A DNA stretch of 64,000 nt from Paramoeba atlantica (taxonomy: Eukaryota > Protista > Discosea), in NCBI GenBank assembly GCA_977017575.1, contig CDRNVI010000002.1:992001-1056000 (forward strand), written 5' to 3'. The position numbers and the translations under genes were made by a program. Under the pieces are notes generated by a model. That model worked only from the letters and a program-made list of their open reading frames with translations. It ran no database searches and was not told the origin of the DNA. Every line of letters begins with the position of its first letter. Positions within the stretch are counted from its first letter, which is position 1. Below, one piece after another: positions 1-11,266 of the stretch.

Positions 1-48
1 TGGCCGTATTGACACCCCGGAATATGACACACCCGTTAATATATCTGA

Positions 49-1164
49 AACGACGCACCACCTGATACATCCGGCGATGCACCTGAACCTGATGCTCCCT
101 ACGAAAATAAATATTCAGAGTTGTCTTTATGCGGTTTAACGCATCGCGCTCTCACCTTTCTAAAACAATTTTATCCCTTTGAAGAAATTTTTGCGAGCTT
201 TCTTTTTTTGCGGTGTGGGGGTAGCTACGACATTGTATCAGAACTCATATCCTTGAAATTCGGAACCGGTTGGTCTGAACGTTCTTGTTCTGACAAGATA
301 CCCGCGTTTTTTAAAAAACTGCATTCCGATATGAAGGATACATGGCTTTGTTTGGATTCCGATATTTTGCACCATGAATCAAACGCAGTTCTTCCTTTTT
401 GGGATAAGGACATAAAGGTGGTGATGGACACAGTGCCACTGTACGTTGATAGCTTGCCTCACTGCTATCAACCCAAATATGCTACACACGTCGTGAAAGC
501 GCTCGTAGCATCTACAATGTCTGGGTATGTTTGCTTCACAGCAGACACATTGTACTGTGGAGCCTCATCCGACGCCGTTATTCAGGACTGTAGTGGTATT
601 CTGGATTTTCTGGCACACAATCGTGTTCGCGCTCTTGCTGACGGGGGATTTTACGATGGTCTTACTGATAGATTAATAGTACCCCATTCTAAAGCCAAAA
701 TTTGGTGTTCGAAGCGCCCAAAATCTAAGTCTATGCAGAAACATCATGATTCAGAAGCAGATGGTAAAATGTGCTTCAATGAAAAGTTGGCTCACTTTAG
801 ATCGCGGGTCGAACACATTTTTTCTCGTTCGTGCTGTGGCAAATGGCTGGCTTTTAAGCAGTGGACTCGTAGTCCAGATTTTCTTTACTATGCTTTTTCG
901 TGCGCTCTCATGGTTCATAACATGGAAGTGTTTCATAAACATGGACCTCAAGGAAGATATCCACCTCTTACCCCTGAGAAAGTGGAAGCAGTTAAAAAGA
1001 AGATAATGGAGCACAAAGGACAATCTTCCAGATATGGAGTATCTGACAGTTCTACTATCACAGGTCCGATGGACAAATACACGTATCCTAAAAATCTTGA
1101 TGCGTATGTTTTTTTTCGTGAACAACAATCCCCCCACCAGCACTCAACCAATAACCCCCTATGA
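49..1164 (+). mobile_element. DDE transposase of PIF/Harbinger-ISL2EU (IS5-like, DDE_Tnp_4) type; 5' end lies upstream of window, probable frameshift near nt 50
   Basis: Motifs VVMDTVP, YQPKYATHVVKALVASTMSGYVCF, CGASSD, ALADGGF, FN..LAHFRSRVEHIF give a D-D-E triad in DDE_Tnp_4 order. Frame 1 is open from 49; frame 2 is open over nt 2-58. Confidence 0.8.
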
Positions 1165-1348
1165 TCATACACTCTACGCTCATATACAGTTGCCCCTCCT
1201 CGCTATACTTAGCTAGGTACGCTACTTATCAGAGAATCACTTGCCTCTATGTCGTCACGATTCTCCGGCGACGCTCGATTTTTGGGGCCACTGTGGGCCA
1301 CTGTGGGTCGTCTTGTGCCACTTAGTCCACTACGGGCCACCCGGGGAC

Positions 1349-1744
1349 TGCATTGGGTCCAATGAGTTCGAAGGAAGCTTGAATCTAATGCATCTGCCCA
1401 AAAATATGAGAGTACTGCACGCAGGTCATAACAATTTGAGTGGAAATGTCATTCTTTTACATTTGCCACCGATTATGAAGTCACTGTATCTATCTTATAA
1501 TAAATTCTCAGGCACCCTGGATTTGCAGCACTTACCATCGGAGTTTCAAGATCTTCGATTGAATGTAAATAATTTTTCCGGTCTTATATTCTTGGATGAC
1601 CTTCCTAAGGGCCTCAAAACATTATGGCTGTACGGCAACGAAGAACTGCAAGGAGAGATCGACGCAAGAAAGCTTCCTGAAACTTTGGCCAGCTTTTCCT
1701 ACAGCGATACAAAAATTGAAATTTTACCTACTCCTCAACAATAA
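1349..1744 (+). pseudogene. 5'-truncated 23-aa LRR family gene fragment
   Basis: Five LxxLxLxxNxFxGxLxLxxLP repeats start abruptly at CIGSNEF. The N-terminal W..C.W.GV.C cap seen in the other family members is absent. The upstream codons of ORF 1241 run through GGGCCACT repeats downstream of the transposase. Confidence 0.7.
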
Positions 1745-2127
1745 TTAGTATAAAATTTATACTCAATATTTCTACAATTACAGTACTCAATATTACGTCG
1801 CTTATACCGTCAAAGCATAATTTATGGCCTTGGGACATAAATGACATTTTATGAGTTGTGACCAAGGACGAATGCGTAGCACCTGGATCACTTTTGTGGT
1901 TTGGGTTGTATGGAAACTCACGGTGGAGCATAACCTGTGGTCATGGCTCTCATCGATTTTGTTTACCTTCTCTGGCTTTACGGTGACACAGAACCTGAAT
2001 TCGGATCTCTATACCAATAGGTACGTACCCGTATTGGTGGTAATCCGAATCGGCGACCTGTGCCGCACTCATGAAGATAACGAATATAGAACACCTAAGC
2101 TCAATCACTGAAAGAGATTGAGAGGGA

Positions 2128-2346
2128 CGCCGCGAAGCGGCGCTATATTTTTTGGGGGTTTTTTATTCCCATTTTCTCGAAAATGACTTTGTTCGTTCAA
2201 GAACACATCCCTTAAATACAGTCTGTAGAAATTTTGTAGAAACCATTTTTTTTTTGCATTTTAGACAAAATTTAGTATACCGTACCCACTTAGTATACCG
2301 TACCCACTTAGTATGCCTACTAGGTATACTATCCTGGAACATGGTT
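2128..2346. mobile_element. Partial MITE (right end), same family as 22823-23107
   Basis: Shares CGCCGCGAAGCGGCGC, TGCATTTTAGACAAAATTTAGTATACCGTACCCACTTAG and the TIR GGTATACTATCCTGGAACATGGTT followed by TA. Confidence 0.7.
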
Positions 2347-2573
2347 TACTATTCACAAAAAAATGACGAAAAGTTTGTGAATAATAAATGGGTCCCCCCT
2401 TTACTCTTCTGGTCAAAAATAGAGGAAAAGGAAAATCCAGAAAATGACATTTAATTCTGTCATTTTCAATTCCTTTCCCATTTTCCTTTATTTTTGATCA
2501 GGGTAGAGAAAGTCATACCTTTTGGTTCAATGAACCACGACTGAACCAACCTACAAGGCGTACCCCCCCTTCA

Positions 2574-3308
2574 ATGTATTTATTAAATTTATTGTACATT
2601 TACGCTAAAATGAGATTCTCCATGTTCGCATTACCCGCTGAGGACAATATACCACGTTCACGTGCCGCAAAAGCAACAAGGTTGTTTATTCCGCAAGAGG
2701 ATCTATTGCAGCGCTTCCTTTACGACGTATCCGGGCATCACGATAGTTGGGTAACAACCCGAAAAGGGTTTTTTGGTGAAAAACCTGTTCACGTTTGCGA
2801 ATGGTATGGGGTGGAATGCAACGTGAAAAAAGAAGTTGTATCCCTAAAATGGCGTCAAATTTTAGGCTTAAAACTCGGAGGGGTCCTTTCCTGGGGTGAC
2901 CTTCCCCATACTGTCCAAATAATCCGTCTGGAAAACAATGTTTTACGAAGTTCCATTGATTTTTCAGTACTTCCTGACGGATTACTCTATATGGATCTCA
3001 CAAGAAACCGCTTTAGCGGTACCATTGATGGTACCCGGCTTCCTCCGCATATAAGAAGCGTTCGCTTAGGTTCTAATCGATTTACAGGAATACTTGATCT
3101 CACTTCACTTCCCTATACTCTCGAGCATTTCAGTGCTCCAAGTAACGAGTTCATAGGCACGCCCAGTCTGAAGTATCTTCCTGACGCACTAAAGGAGTTG
3201 GATCTTAGGGAAAATCTGTTTCAGTGGGAAGGTATCGAACCCCCTCCTCCCCCTCCGGAAATTTTAATTTATCCGCAGAGCGTCAAACAGGAATCGGAAG
3301 ATGAATAG
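2574..3308 (+). CDS. Leucine-rich repeat protein (23-aa LRR family with Cys/Trp N-cap)
   Basis: IPQEDLL..F...W...CEWYGVEC cap followed by about 5 LRRs; alternative ATG at 2610. Confidence 0.85.
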   Translation: MYLLNLLYIYAKMRFSMFALPAEDNIPRSRAAKATRLFIPQEDLLQRFLYDVSGHHDSWVTTRKGFFGEKPVHVCEWYGVECNVKKEVVSLKWRQILGLKLGGVLSWGDLPHTVQIIRLENNVLRSSIDFSVLPDGLLYMDLTRNRFSGTIDGTRLPPHIRSVRLGSNRFTGILDLTSLPYTLEHFSAPSNEFIGTPSLKYLPDALKELDLRENLFQWEGIEPPPPPPEILIYPQSVKQESEDE

Positions 3309-3701
3309 ATTAGGTAAAATGTATGTGTATTCGCATTTAGTTATTGCCCCATCCTGTATTTGCTGGATACCATGCAAGTTGCTTATTTTTCGGTTTCTAA
3401 CACTGACGAGTTGAGTAACACTGACAGATGTGACTAACACTGACGAGTTTATGCTTTTTGTACGCAATAACATCGGGCGAATTTTTTACGTGCATTTTCT
3501 GTAAAGGAAAGCCGGACACTTTTCTTTTTTCAGATGACAGAAGTTTCGTCAAAGTAAAGCCGGTACCTCGTTCTGACCGAAAATGGCTGACACTATTTAG
3601 TGCTGATTTTTTTTAAATTTCATTCAACACTTAACAGGGAGGGACGCCTAAGCGCCTCAAGTTGTCTTCATAACACTACTCCTCCCTTTTTATTTTTATA
3701 A

Positions 3702-4253
3702 ATGACTTCTAAAAGAAAAGTTCATAAATATGTGAATAAAAATATTTCTATCTCTTCTACACGTAGTTTGTGGCACTTTTTAATGGACCATTTTTTAAAC
3801 GAAAGGGGTACGATGTATTTACTACACACTATATGCCTGCTGTGGGCAAGTAGTGGCGGCGTGGCTCAGATATTTTCTTCACGTTCAGTGTCCTATTCTC
3901 TAACTTCGGATACACACGGAGAAAAACGAGCAGCAGGCCTACGAAAAAAGGTGAACGATAACACTGCAAATCTACACGCTCACGATAAGAAATCTCACAA
4001 AGCAGAACCAGTTCACGAAGAGAATAACGATTCTCGTGATTCATCAACTTCTTTTTACGAAACTTTGGAAGATATGTGGGATTATTATCGTACGTCAGTA
4101 TGGCTTCATGTAGCTTTATTCTATGTAGGTATAATGACGTATCAGTTTGCTGCTCTTGGGACGATATTGGGAGTGCAAATTTCCTTGGTTCTGATTATAT
4201 GTTCTTGTGTTGGCTTATTCGTCCACGGTTGGCTTGGCACGGGCCCGTCTTAA
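3702..4253 (+). CDS. Hypothetical membrane protein
   Basis: 183-aa ATG ORF on the gene strand, hydrophobic N-region, two C-terminal TM-like segments. Confidence 0.55.
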   Translation: MTSKRKVHKYVNKNISISSTRSLWHFLMDHFLNERGTMYLLHTICLLWASSGGVAQIFSSRSVSYSLTSDTHGEKRAAGLRKKVNDNTANLHAHDKKSHKAEPVHEENNDSRDSSTSFYETLEDMWDYYRTSVWLHVALFYVGIMTYQFAALGTILGVQISLVLIICSCVGLFVHGWLGTGPS

Positions 4254-4950
4254 ATTCTAGCATGCGTCATAATAATTTTGAGAATAACTTTTGGTGAAAC
4301 GTAGAGTAAATGCAGCAATATTGATTTGTTTCTTGTTTCATGCTGAACATGGTATCGGGCTCAAGATCAAACCCGCTATAGGGTTTTCTCCTACGAATAT
4401 TTACCCGAATAGAGATTTGGGTTAAATTCAAGCTAATTTGGCTTTGTCTTCAATTTCCAAAAAAATGTTCTTTTTACAACATTCATTCCGAAATTCTTTC
4501 CCTTTAATTCCTACAGCTTTAATAGCTACTGCTTCCTTAACTTTGGGAGCAATGTACTGGTAGTTCGATCGGGAACGATTTCAGTGACAATTTGGACTTT
4601 TTAGCCACTGCACACAACCCTTCACAGAGACACTTTGCTCACAGTGGACTCTTTGTGACAGGAAAATCGAGCACGCTACCCACAGGGCATTATATAATAC
4701 TATTATTAGATACCGAAACAAAACCAGATATTTCAAAAACATGTGATTCATGAGGAATGATTGCTTCTACAGAAGTCGTAAATAAAAAATTTGCTTTAAT
4801 TTCACCGAGATTTGCTATCTATGCCAATAGCCCAGGATACAGCCATTTGGATGGGAAGTATTTCAAATGCGAATAACGTAAAATTGTTTATTTCTAATGT
4901 TATATCTGAAGATCTACCAAATATAACTGATCACTCAACTTTTCCTACTA

Positions 4951-5436
4951 ATGTTGCGTTTGGCATGGAAGGTGTCTTCGCGCATCATTCCCGGCTACCT
5001 TCGCTATAAACACAAAGACATTGTAGTCCCCCCTGATCGATGCGAATTCATTGCCATGAGAAATTCTTCGGGTCCTGGAGGTCAAGCAGTGAATGCATCT
5101 TCAAATAGAATTGAATTGCGAGTGTCTGGAATCCACCGCGTGCCGTTTTCAAATATTGATAACGAAACGTGGTCAAGATTCTTAGCCAGACATCGAAACT
5201 CTATATGCATGAGATCGGATACCTTGATTATACACTGTAGAGAGCATCGTTCTCTTTCTGCCAACAAAACGGGGTGTATAGACAAAGTTCGACACATGAT
5301 AGCCAATTCCTCCTTTGTTGAGCCTCGGGCGGAGATTATTCCTCCGAAAAGTGAAAATAGAAAACAGAAAATCGTTACAAAAAAGAAATTTAAAGGAACT
5401 AAAATGCTTGCGAAAATCGCTAGATCACTTTCCTGA
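4951..5436 (+). CDS. ICT1: Peptidyl-tRNA hydrolase / RF-1 domain protein, ICT1(mL62)/ArfB-like, likely mitochondrial
   Basis: SSGPGGQAVN..SNRIELR GGQ motif, short RF domain, basic C-terminal tail, Arg-rich presequence-like start MLRLAWKVSSR. Confidence 0.8.
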   Translation: MLRLAWKVSSRIIPGYLRYKHKDIVVPPDRCEFIAMRNSSGPGGQAVNASSNRIELRVSGIHRVPFSNIDNETWSRFLARHRNSICMRSDTLIIHCREHRSLSANKTGCIDKVRHMIANSSFVEPRAEIIPPKSENRKQKIVTKKKFKGTKMLAKIARSLS

Positions 5437-5482
5437 AATACTTTCCTGTATAATGTTATGCAAGTTAAAGGTTAGTGTGATA

Positions 5483-5590
5483 CAAAAACCCCCCACAGTG
5501 AAAAGTCACCCCCCTCTAACTTTTCAGTCAAGTGCCCGTTTGAGTTCATTTTTGTTGCATTTTGCAGATCCCAACGCAAAGACTTTGCAC
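5483..5590. mobile_element. Isolated terminal fragment of a Tc1/IS630-like element related to 8506-9443
   Basis: TA then CAAAAACCCCCC..AAAAGTCACCCCCCTC..GTTTGAG..TTTTTGTTGCATTTTGCAGATC..GACTTTGC aligns with 8506-8610. Confidence 0.6.
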
Positions 5591-5849
5591 ATTAAAACAT
5601 GGAACTAAAAATCTCAAATGCGTGCATCCGATAGACGGATTATCACTTTCTTCACATTTTTCAAGAGACCAATTTCTCACATTTCAACTAATTAAATCTT
5701 CCCCCATGAGAAATTCAATTATTTCTTATGGCTGATGATCTCATGGCAGCAGATGGCTCCGCCTTCTGATTTTTGACTTGCTCTTCCTCCTTCCTCTACG
5801 GTTTTGCAGATCACAAATGTAACAAGCCTTAGCGTTGATCAAATCACAC

Positions 5850-5940
5850 TCGTTAACGGGTCAAACAAATGGCAGCCACTTCGTTGACAGTCGGATTTAC
5901 TGTCAACGAAGTGGCTGCCATTTGGTTGATCCGTCAACGA
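5850..5940. repeat. Long hairpin (about 41-bp arms, 7-nt loop)
   Basis: CGTTAACGGGTCAAACAAATGGCAGCCACTTCGTTGACAGT / loop CGGATTT / reverse complement with 3 mismatches. Confidence 0.9.
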
Positions 5941-6257
5941 AGTAGATACATAGCCAAATTTCCTCCCCCTTTTGTAGTTCCGCCTTCAACCCAACAGGTA
6001 GTAAATAATGCATTGGAATGATCATTCCCAGGGTTACATTTCACAGGTCGATGTGTAGGGGTGGCATTGTAATGGCATCACGTAAGATGTCGTGATCAAT
6101 TTCTTACATATGATATGTTTTTTTATAGCTTTTCTAAAATGATCAATGATCTGGCATGCAAAATAAAAAAACTCTTTAAAAATATTTTGATGCAATACGC
6201 AGTATTTAAGCAAAGTATACATTTGTTGGTTTCATTGACAAGTATATTTGATTCTCT

Positions 6258-6971
6258 ATGAACAGTACAACTGAAGCTGCACCGGCCTTTCATTCGTCCA
6301 GACGCGGAAAAGTTACAAAGAGTGCTTTGCCTCTAGAATATTCTCTTTCTCGTTTCATAGAAAAAGTAGAAAATCCGCATTCCTCGTGGAAGGCAGATAA
6401 CCGAGCATGTGAGTGGAAAGGAGTGAAATGCGATTTCGGAGGACATTTGCTTTGCTTGGCTTGGGCTAACTATGGCTTGCTTGGGACACTTCTCTGGCAT
6501 CATACTCCTCCGATACGAGGAAGCTTTTTTGTACATTGTAATTCTTTGCAAGAAAATGTGGATTTGAGTCAACTGGAAGATGCAACAGAGCTGTGCAATT
6601 TAAGTCACAACAAATTTCAAGGTATGATAGATTTTACGCAATTGCCATCAGGCTTGGATTCACTGTGGCTTTCATACAATGAATTCTCTGGAAAAGTAGA
6701 TCTTACAGCCTTGCCCACTGGACTTCGATTGTTATTTCTTCAAAATAACGTATTTTGTGGAACGCTAATTTTAAATTTTCTTCCAGGTAGCATGAAATTT
6801 GTTTCCCTTAGGAACAATCAATTCTCTGGTATACTGCATCTGACTTCCTTGCCCCAGAGTCTACGAAGGATGGATCTGAGTCAAAATTCGAAACTAAACG
6901 GTGAAATCGATAGGAATTTATTTTCTCCTGATCTCACAATAGTTAAAGAAGGAACGGGAATACTTTCTTGA
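6258..6971 (+). CDS. Leucine-rich repeat protein (23-aa LRR family)
   Basis: LPLEYSL..F..SW..ACEWKGVKC cap; repeats such as LDSLWLSYNEFSGKVDLTALP. Confidence 0.85.
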   Translation: MNSTTEAAPAFHSSRRGKVTKSALPLEYSLSRFIEKVENPHSSWKADNRACEWKGVKCDFGGHLLCLAWANYGLLGTLLWHHTPPIRGSFFVHCNSLQENVDLSQLEDATELCNLSHNKFQGMIDFTQLPSGLDSLWLSYNEFSGKVDLTALPTGLRLLFLQNNVFCGTLILNFLPGSMKFVSLRNNQFSGILHLTSLPQSLRRMDLSQNSKLNGEIDRNLFSPDLTIVKEGTGILS

Positions 6972-7241
6972 TCACCTGAATTTACTAAGTTTCTGTATCG
7001 GTAGGTATGTCAAACTCAAAGTTAAAGCCTGACTCGTTTTCCCGGATTTTATCGGGATACTTTATTTCTCAGTTTCCTTAAATAGAATGTAAGAAAGAAA
7101 GAAAACAAAAGCAGTGAAACAAATTCGGCTTCCTTTATTTTCTCCTCCGTTGAAAAAGTAAACACGCAAAGTGTGTGCTGCCAAATCCATAATGTTTTTA
7201 ACTCGAGGTCTATTTTCAGTTATTTTTTTCTTTTTAATGTC

Positions 7242-7598
7242 ATGCTAGAATCATTTTTCTGCGTACGTGATTTTATTATTTTGCGCCGTTGGGGTAATAA
7301 AATAGAAAATAGTAGGAAAAAGAAATTAAACGTTCTCAATTCTGCTCAACGCCTTCGTCTTCCCTTACTTGCACAAGCGCCTTGGGGAGCCATTGTGGTC
7401 ATATCTGCTGCACTTCTTTTTTTTGGGGCTGATTTCGCCTATGGAGCTTATCGTCGCTACGCGGATCCAACAACAGACAATGAAGAACGAAACCGCGTTC
7501 GTGTTCGTAAGCAACAAGAAGCAAAGCAGTGGGTCCGGGCAGAAACTGTGGCCTATTCAAAAAGTCGTCCGAAAGGATACCGAGGAGAGGATAAATAG
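7242..7598 (+). CDS. Small single-TM hypothetical protein
   Basis: First ATG at 7242 in ORF 7173..7598; one TM (PWGAIVVISAALLFFGADFAY) followed by a charged tail. Confidence 0.55.
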   Translation: MLESFFCVRDFIILRRWGNKIENSRKKKLNVLNSAQRLRLPLLAQAPWGAIVVISAALLFFGADFAYGAYRRYADPTTDNEERNRVRVRKQQEAKQWVRAETVAYSKSRPKGYRGEDK

Positions 7599-8237
7599 AG
7601 GGAAATATACACTTTATGTAAATAAATTAATTAATGGAGACAATGAAGTGTGCCACTTTTTTGGATGACACTGGATGACTAATTTTGTTGATACTCCAGC
7701 TTATCTATACCCTCTCACCTTTATAGTTCATTTGCCAGAACGAACGTTTGCCCGTTCTTCAGGAGAGCATCTGACTTCCGGCTAAGCTCTTTTTTTGATT
7801 CGCAGTTTGCTTTTCTTTCTATTTTTTTCTCTTTTCTAACACCCTTATTGCGCAGGAAATCCCTTTTATACTTTTCGGCTTTCAAAAATAACGAAGCGAT
7901 AGTCATGGTACGTCTCACTACAAGGTTCGTTTGTGCCTTCACTCCATGCTCATATCTGTCTTGGACGGCACTCGATCGCACTGGATGACAGTGAACAACT
8001 GCACATTGTCCAATTCAATGATCGTTTTAGCTTTTCTCTCACACGTTGAACTGGTTGAAGACCGTAAAGGTAGACGTAACAAGCGAAGCTCGTCTAGAAA
8101 AGTTCGAAAAACATGAAAAATGATCAGAAATTGATCAATTTTAGCAGAAATGTGATATTTATGCTACAAGCGACACTATTTAAATACGAAGTTTTTTGGG
8201 TTTTTATCAGCGCCACTTTAATTAAGGCAACTTTAAT

Positions 8238-9535
8238 TTTCTTTTTTAGGTTCTTCGTTAAACGCGGTGGTTGTTTTCAACTTAGAAGTCATTCATGCTG
8301 CGCGCTTCGCGTTGAAAACTACCACCGCGTTTAACGAAGAGCCTAAAAAAGAAACATCTCCAAAAGATCATGAATAATCTACTTTTTTTGGGGAAAAAGC
8401 TCGATTTTTCGGCAAAAATTGCGAAACTTTACACCAAATTTGGGCCTTTTTTGATGCCTTCCCATTAGGGGCAGGAGTCGATTCAGTCGAAAAAAACGTC
8501 GCATAATAAACCCCGCTCACGAAAAGTGACCCCCCTCTTTTTTTTCGTACAAATGTCCGTTTGAGCTGTTTTTTGTTGCATTTTGCAGATCTCAACACAA
8601 GGACTTTGCGCGTGCAGAAATGAGACAAAAAGAAACGAATACGCACAATTTAGAGAAGAATTACCATTTTGTCACTTTTTCGCCCTTCAATCTTATACAC
8701 TCCTTAAGTCGAGAATCAAAACTTAATACTGTTTTGTCGATCACTTTTTGAGTTAAAGAAGACCATGCTTTACATACACATCGGATAAGTGAAGGTTTGT
8801 CCGATGGGGTTTGTTCGTCTACCGCCTCTTGGACCATAGACCAGACGTTTTCTATGGGGGAAAGGTCGGGCGAGTTGGGGGGCCAGTTTCTTAGAACATC
8901 ACTCATTCAATTCTCAATATACTCTTTGGAGGCACGGGCAGTATGTGCCGTTGCCCAATCCTGTTGAAATACACTATTAGGGGGAAATCTACCTGTTTTA
9001 ATGTTTCTATGTACGTCTCACTTGTAATAGATGTGTCATTGTAGATGTCTCACTTGTAATAGATGGTCACAGGACTCAAAGTGTATTCCCCGCTAGATTT
9101 TTTTTCGTTCAGATATTTTTTGATTATCCTTCTAGAGACGTTAAAATCACGGGATAATTGTTTTATCGGAACACCTTCTGCCTGTCTCATCTTCAACAGA
9201 ACCTTACCACTATCCCTAAGCCCCCCTTTTGGGAGCCGATATGGTGATTTGGTCATTTTTGGAAAAAAAGTTGAAAAACCAATTATGTTTTTTGACTAAA
9301 TTTCAAAATTTTAAAATGAGCTAAAAACAGCGGGAACGTACAGATCTCGAAATTTTGAACGAAAAAGTGATATGATAACCCACCGACGCCCCCCTGTGCT
9401 AAAAATAAGGGGGGGTCACTTATTCGTGAGCGGGGGTTTTTATTACTGTGTTTCTCTTTATATTTTCACTGTTTTTGTTGACTTTTTTTTCAATAATCGA
9501 GGGTAGAGCGGTAGTTATACAACCACCGCAATAAG
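8238..9535 (-). mobile_element. Helitron2/Helentron-like non-autonomous element, copy A, interrupted by a Tc1-like element
   Basis: 5' palindrome at 9508-9529, 3' hairpin with about 44-bp arms at 8238-8354; homologous to copies at 57910-60167. Confidence 0.55.
8506..9443 (-). mobile_element. Internally deleted IS630/Tc1 element, DD35E type
   Basis: Imperfect TIRs ATAAA(AA)CCCC(C)GCTCACGAA..AGTGACCCCCC flanked by TA at 8504-8505 and 9444-9445. HTH-like N-terminus at 9256-9050. VFQQDWATAHTAR..(TGA)..WPPNSPDLSPIENVW has 35 residues between D and E. Confidence 0.85.
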
Positions 9536-9543
9536 TTGTTATA

Positions 9544-11264
9544 CTCCCCTTGTCAGAATAAAATACAAATCGATTTTTCGTTGTGGCAAAATCTACCCCA
9601 AAGAAACGGTGCCATTTATACTTTTCAAAAAACAAATCGATTTTTTTTGTGAAATATTTTTTTCCTGAATGCCGTCTGGTAGGCCGTTGTCTGCGAAACG
9701 AAAGAGTTCAATGACTCATTATGTTTCACAGGGTGGAAGGCCTTCCAATCGTGAGATTGAGCGGCGCGAGGAAGGGTGGAAAGAATTTGTGAGTAATAGC
9801 GGAGAATCTCATATAATGGCTCTTCCGAACATTGTAAGCGAATACATAGAAGAAGCGTCGAACTTGTTCTTCGAAGCCCAGAACTTTCTTTTCATGTCTT
9901 TGGAGGAAAAAATCCGTTCTGTGGCATGTGATGAAGAGTTTGTGGTGAAGATTGGTAGATGGTGTTGTCCAAGCAAAGAAGCAAGAAGACGCCTGGACTC
10001 CTTATTCTATGTTTCGTCGTTGGTTGGATTGCTTGAACATTGTCAACAAATCTTCCAAACGTACCATGAAATTGCTTATCCAGATGATTGGGAGGTTCAA
10101 GGAAAAAACATGATTCTTCGGATTGTCTTTATTGTTTCACATGAGCACAAGGGATCCCCACGGGAAGAACTTATTGTCAACGTGGATGAGACCGGCATTG
10201 CTTACAACAAGCTAGCACAAAGTGGGTTCTGTATGCAGGGTGAAAAACTTTCAAACATCGCAAACTCGGATAAGAGGAACGCTACACTTCTAGCATGTAT
10301 CGCACTATCAGGCTCTCTTCTTTCACCATTTGTAATTTGGAATGGAAAGCAAGGAAGCTCTCACGCATCAGTAAAAGAACATTCCCTATCAGTTCAGTAT
10401 CAAACTTCTAACCACTATACCACTGGAGCTATTCTTAAATACGTGGAAAAAAAATTGTTTCTCTATTATGAACGCCAAGTTGTCTTTTTGACTGAAAGAC
10501 CATTTCCTGTGCTAGTACTCCTCTGGGACTTGTTCGGTGCATACTTCAAATGAGACAAAGTTATCTTTCACTGGCCAGTGCTGTGTGGGGGGGAAGTATC
10601 ACTGGATACGCATCGTATATGTACCCGCTAGATGCACGGGCAAGCTTCAGCCGTGCGACGTCGGATTATTTAATCGACTAAAGTCGAAACTTTTGCATTT
10701 TCGCATTAAGTCGCTTCTTGAGTACTGCCGAAGTCAAACCCTACAAGGAAAAAGCATCGGAAGCAGCTCATCTATTGGCGGCAAAATATGTAAAAAAAGT
10801 TATTGGAATCACTAGACAATGTCTACCTGGTCTTAAAGGATCCTAAACATATTGAGGCCAATGTAAAAGCTTTCCACGACGTAGGTATATCCATTCAAGC
10901 GCTCACATCTCCCGAGAACATTGTTGAATCTATAAAAAGACAAAGCGTACTATTTAGTCTCAATTATACGACGAGCATCGTATCAGACGATGAAGTGCAA
11001 GAAATTGAAGTAGACGAATACGCACTAGACACGAAGTAAAAGGCAGATTTGTGGATGTATGCTTTTTCTGAATGTGAATGCTTTTTCTTTCTGGGCATTT
11101 ATACTTTTTCTCGGCGATTTATACTTTCTCATATTGATTCATCCTTTTTCTGCACGATTGATACTTGTTTGATCCATTTATACTTCTAAAATATAATATA
11201 AATAGAAATCACCAATTTCCTTTATATTTTATATTTACTGTATATTTTATTCTGGCAGGGGGAG
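9544..11264 (+). mobile_element. pogo/Tigger-type (DDE_1) transposon, both ends present, frameshifted transposase
   Basis: TIRs CTCCCC(T/C)TG(T/C)CAGAATAAAATA with TA at 9542-9543 and 11265-11266. Motifs NVDETG, KRNATLLAC..SG..LSPFVIW.GK, WDLFGA/H, PARCTGKLQPCDVG. ORFs 9669..10553, 10537..10815 and 10803..11039 are separated by frameshifts. Confidence 0.88.
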
Positions 11265-11266
11265 TA

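Noticed and set aside
3399-3450. Three TAACACTGAC units at about 18-bp spacing
   Set aside because: Too short and isolated to interpret.
7721-7981. Minus-strand Lys-rich ORF, and a weak hAT-dimerisation-like SSTSSTCER upstream
   Set aside because: Antisense to the polycistron, low complexity, and the motif match is too weak without the FS/RNRL elements.
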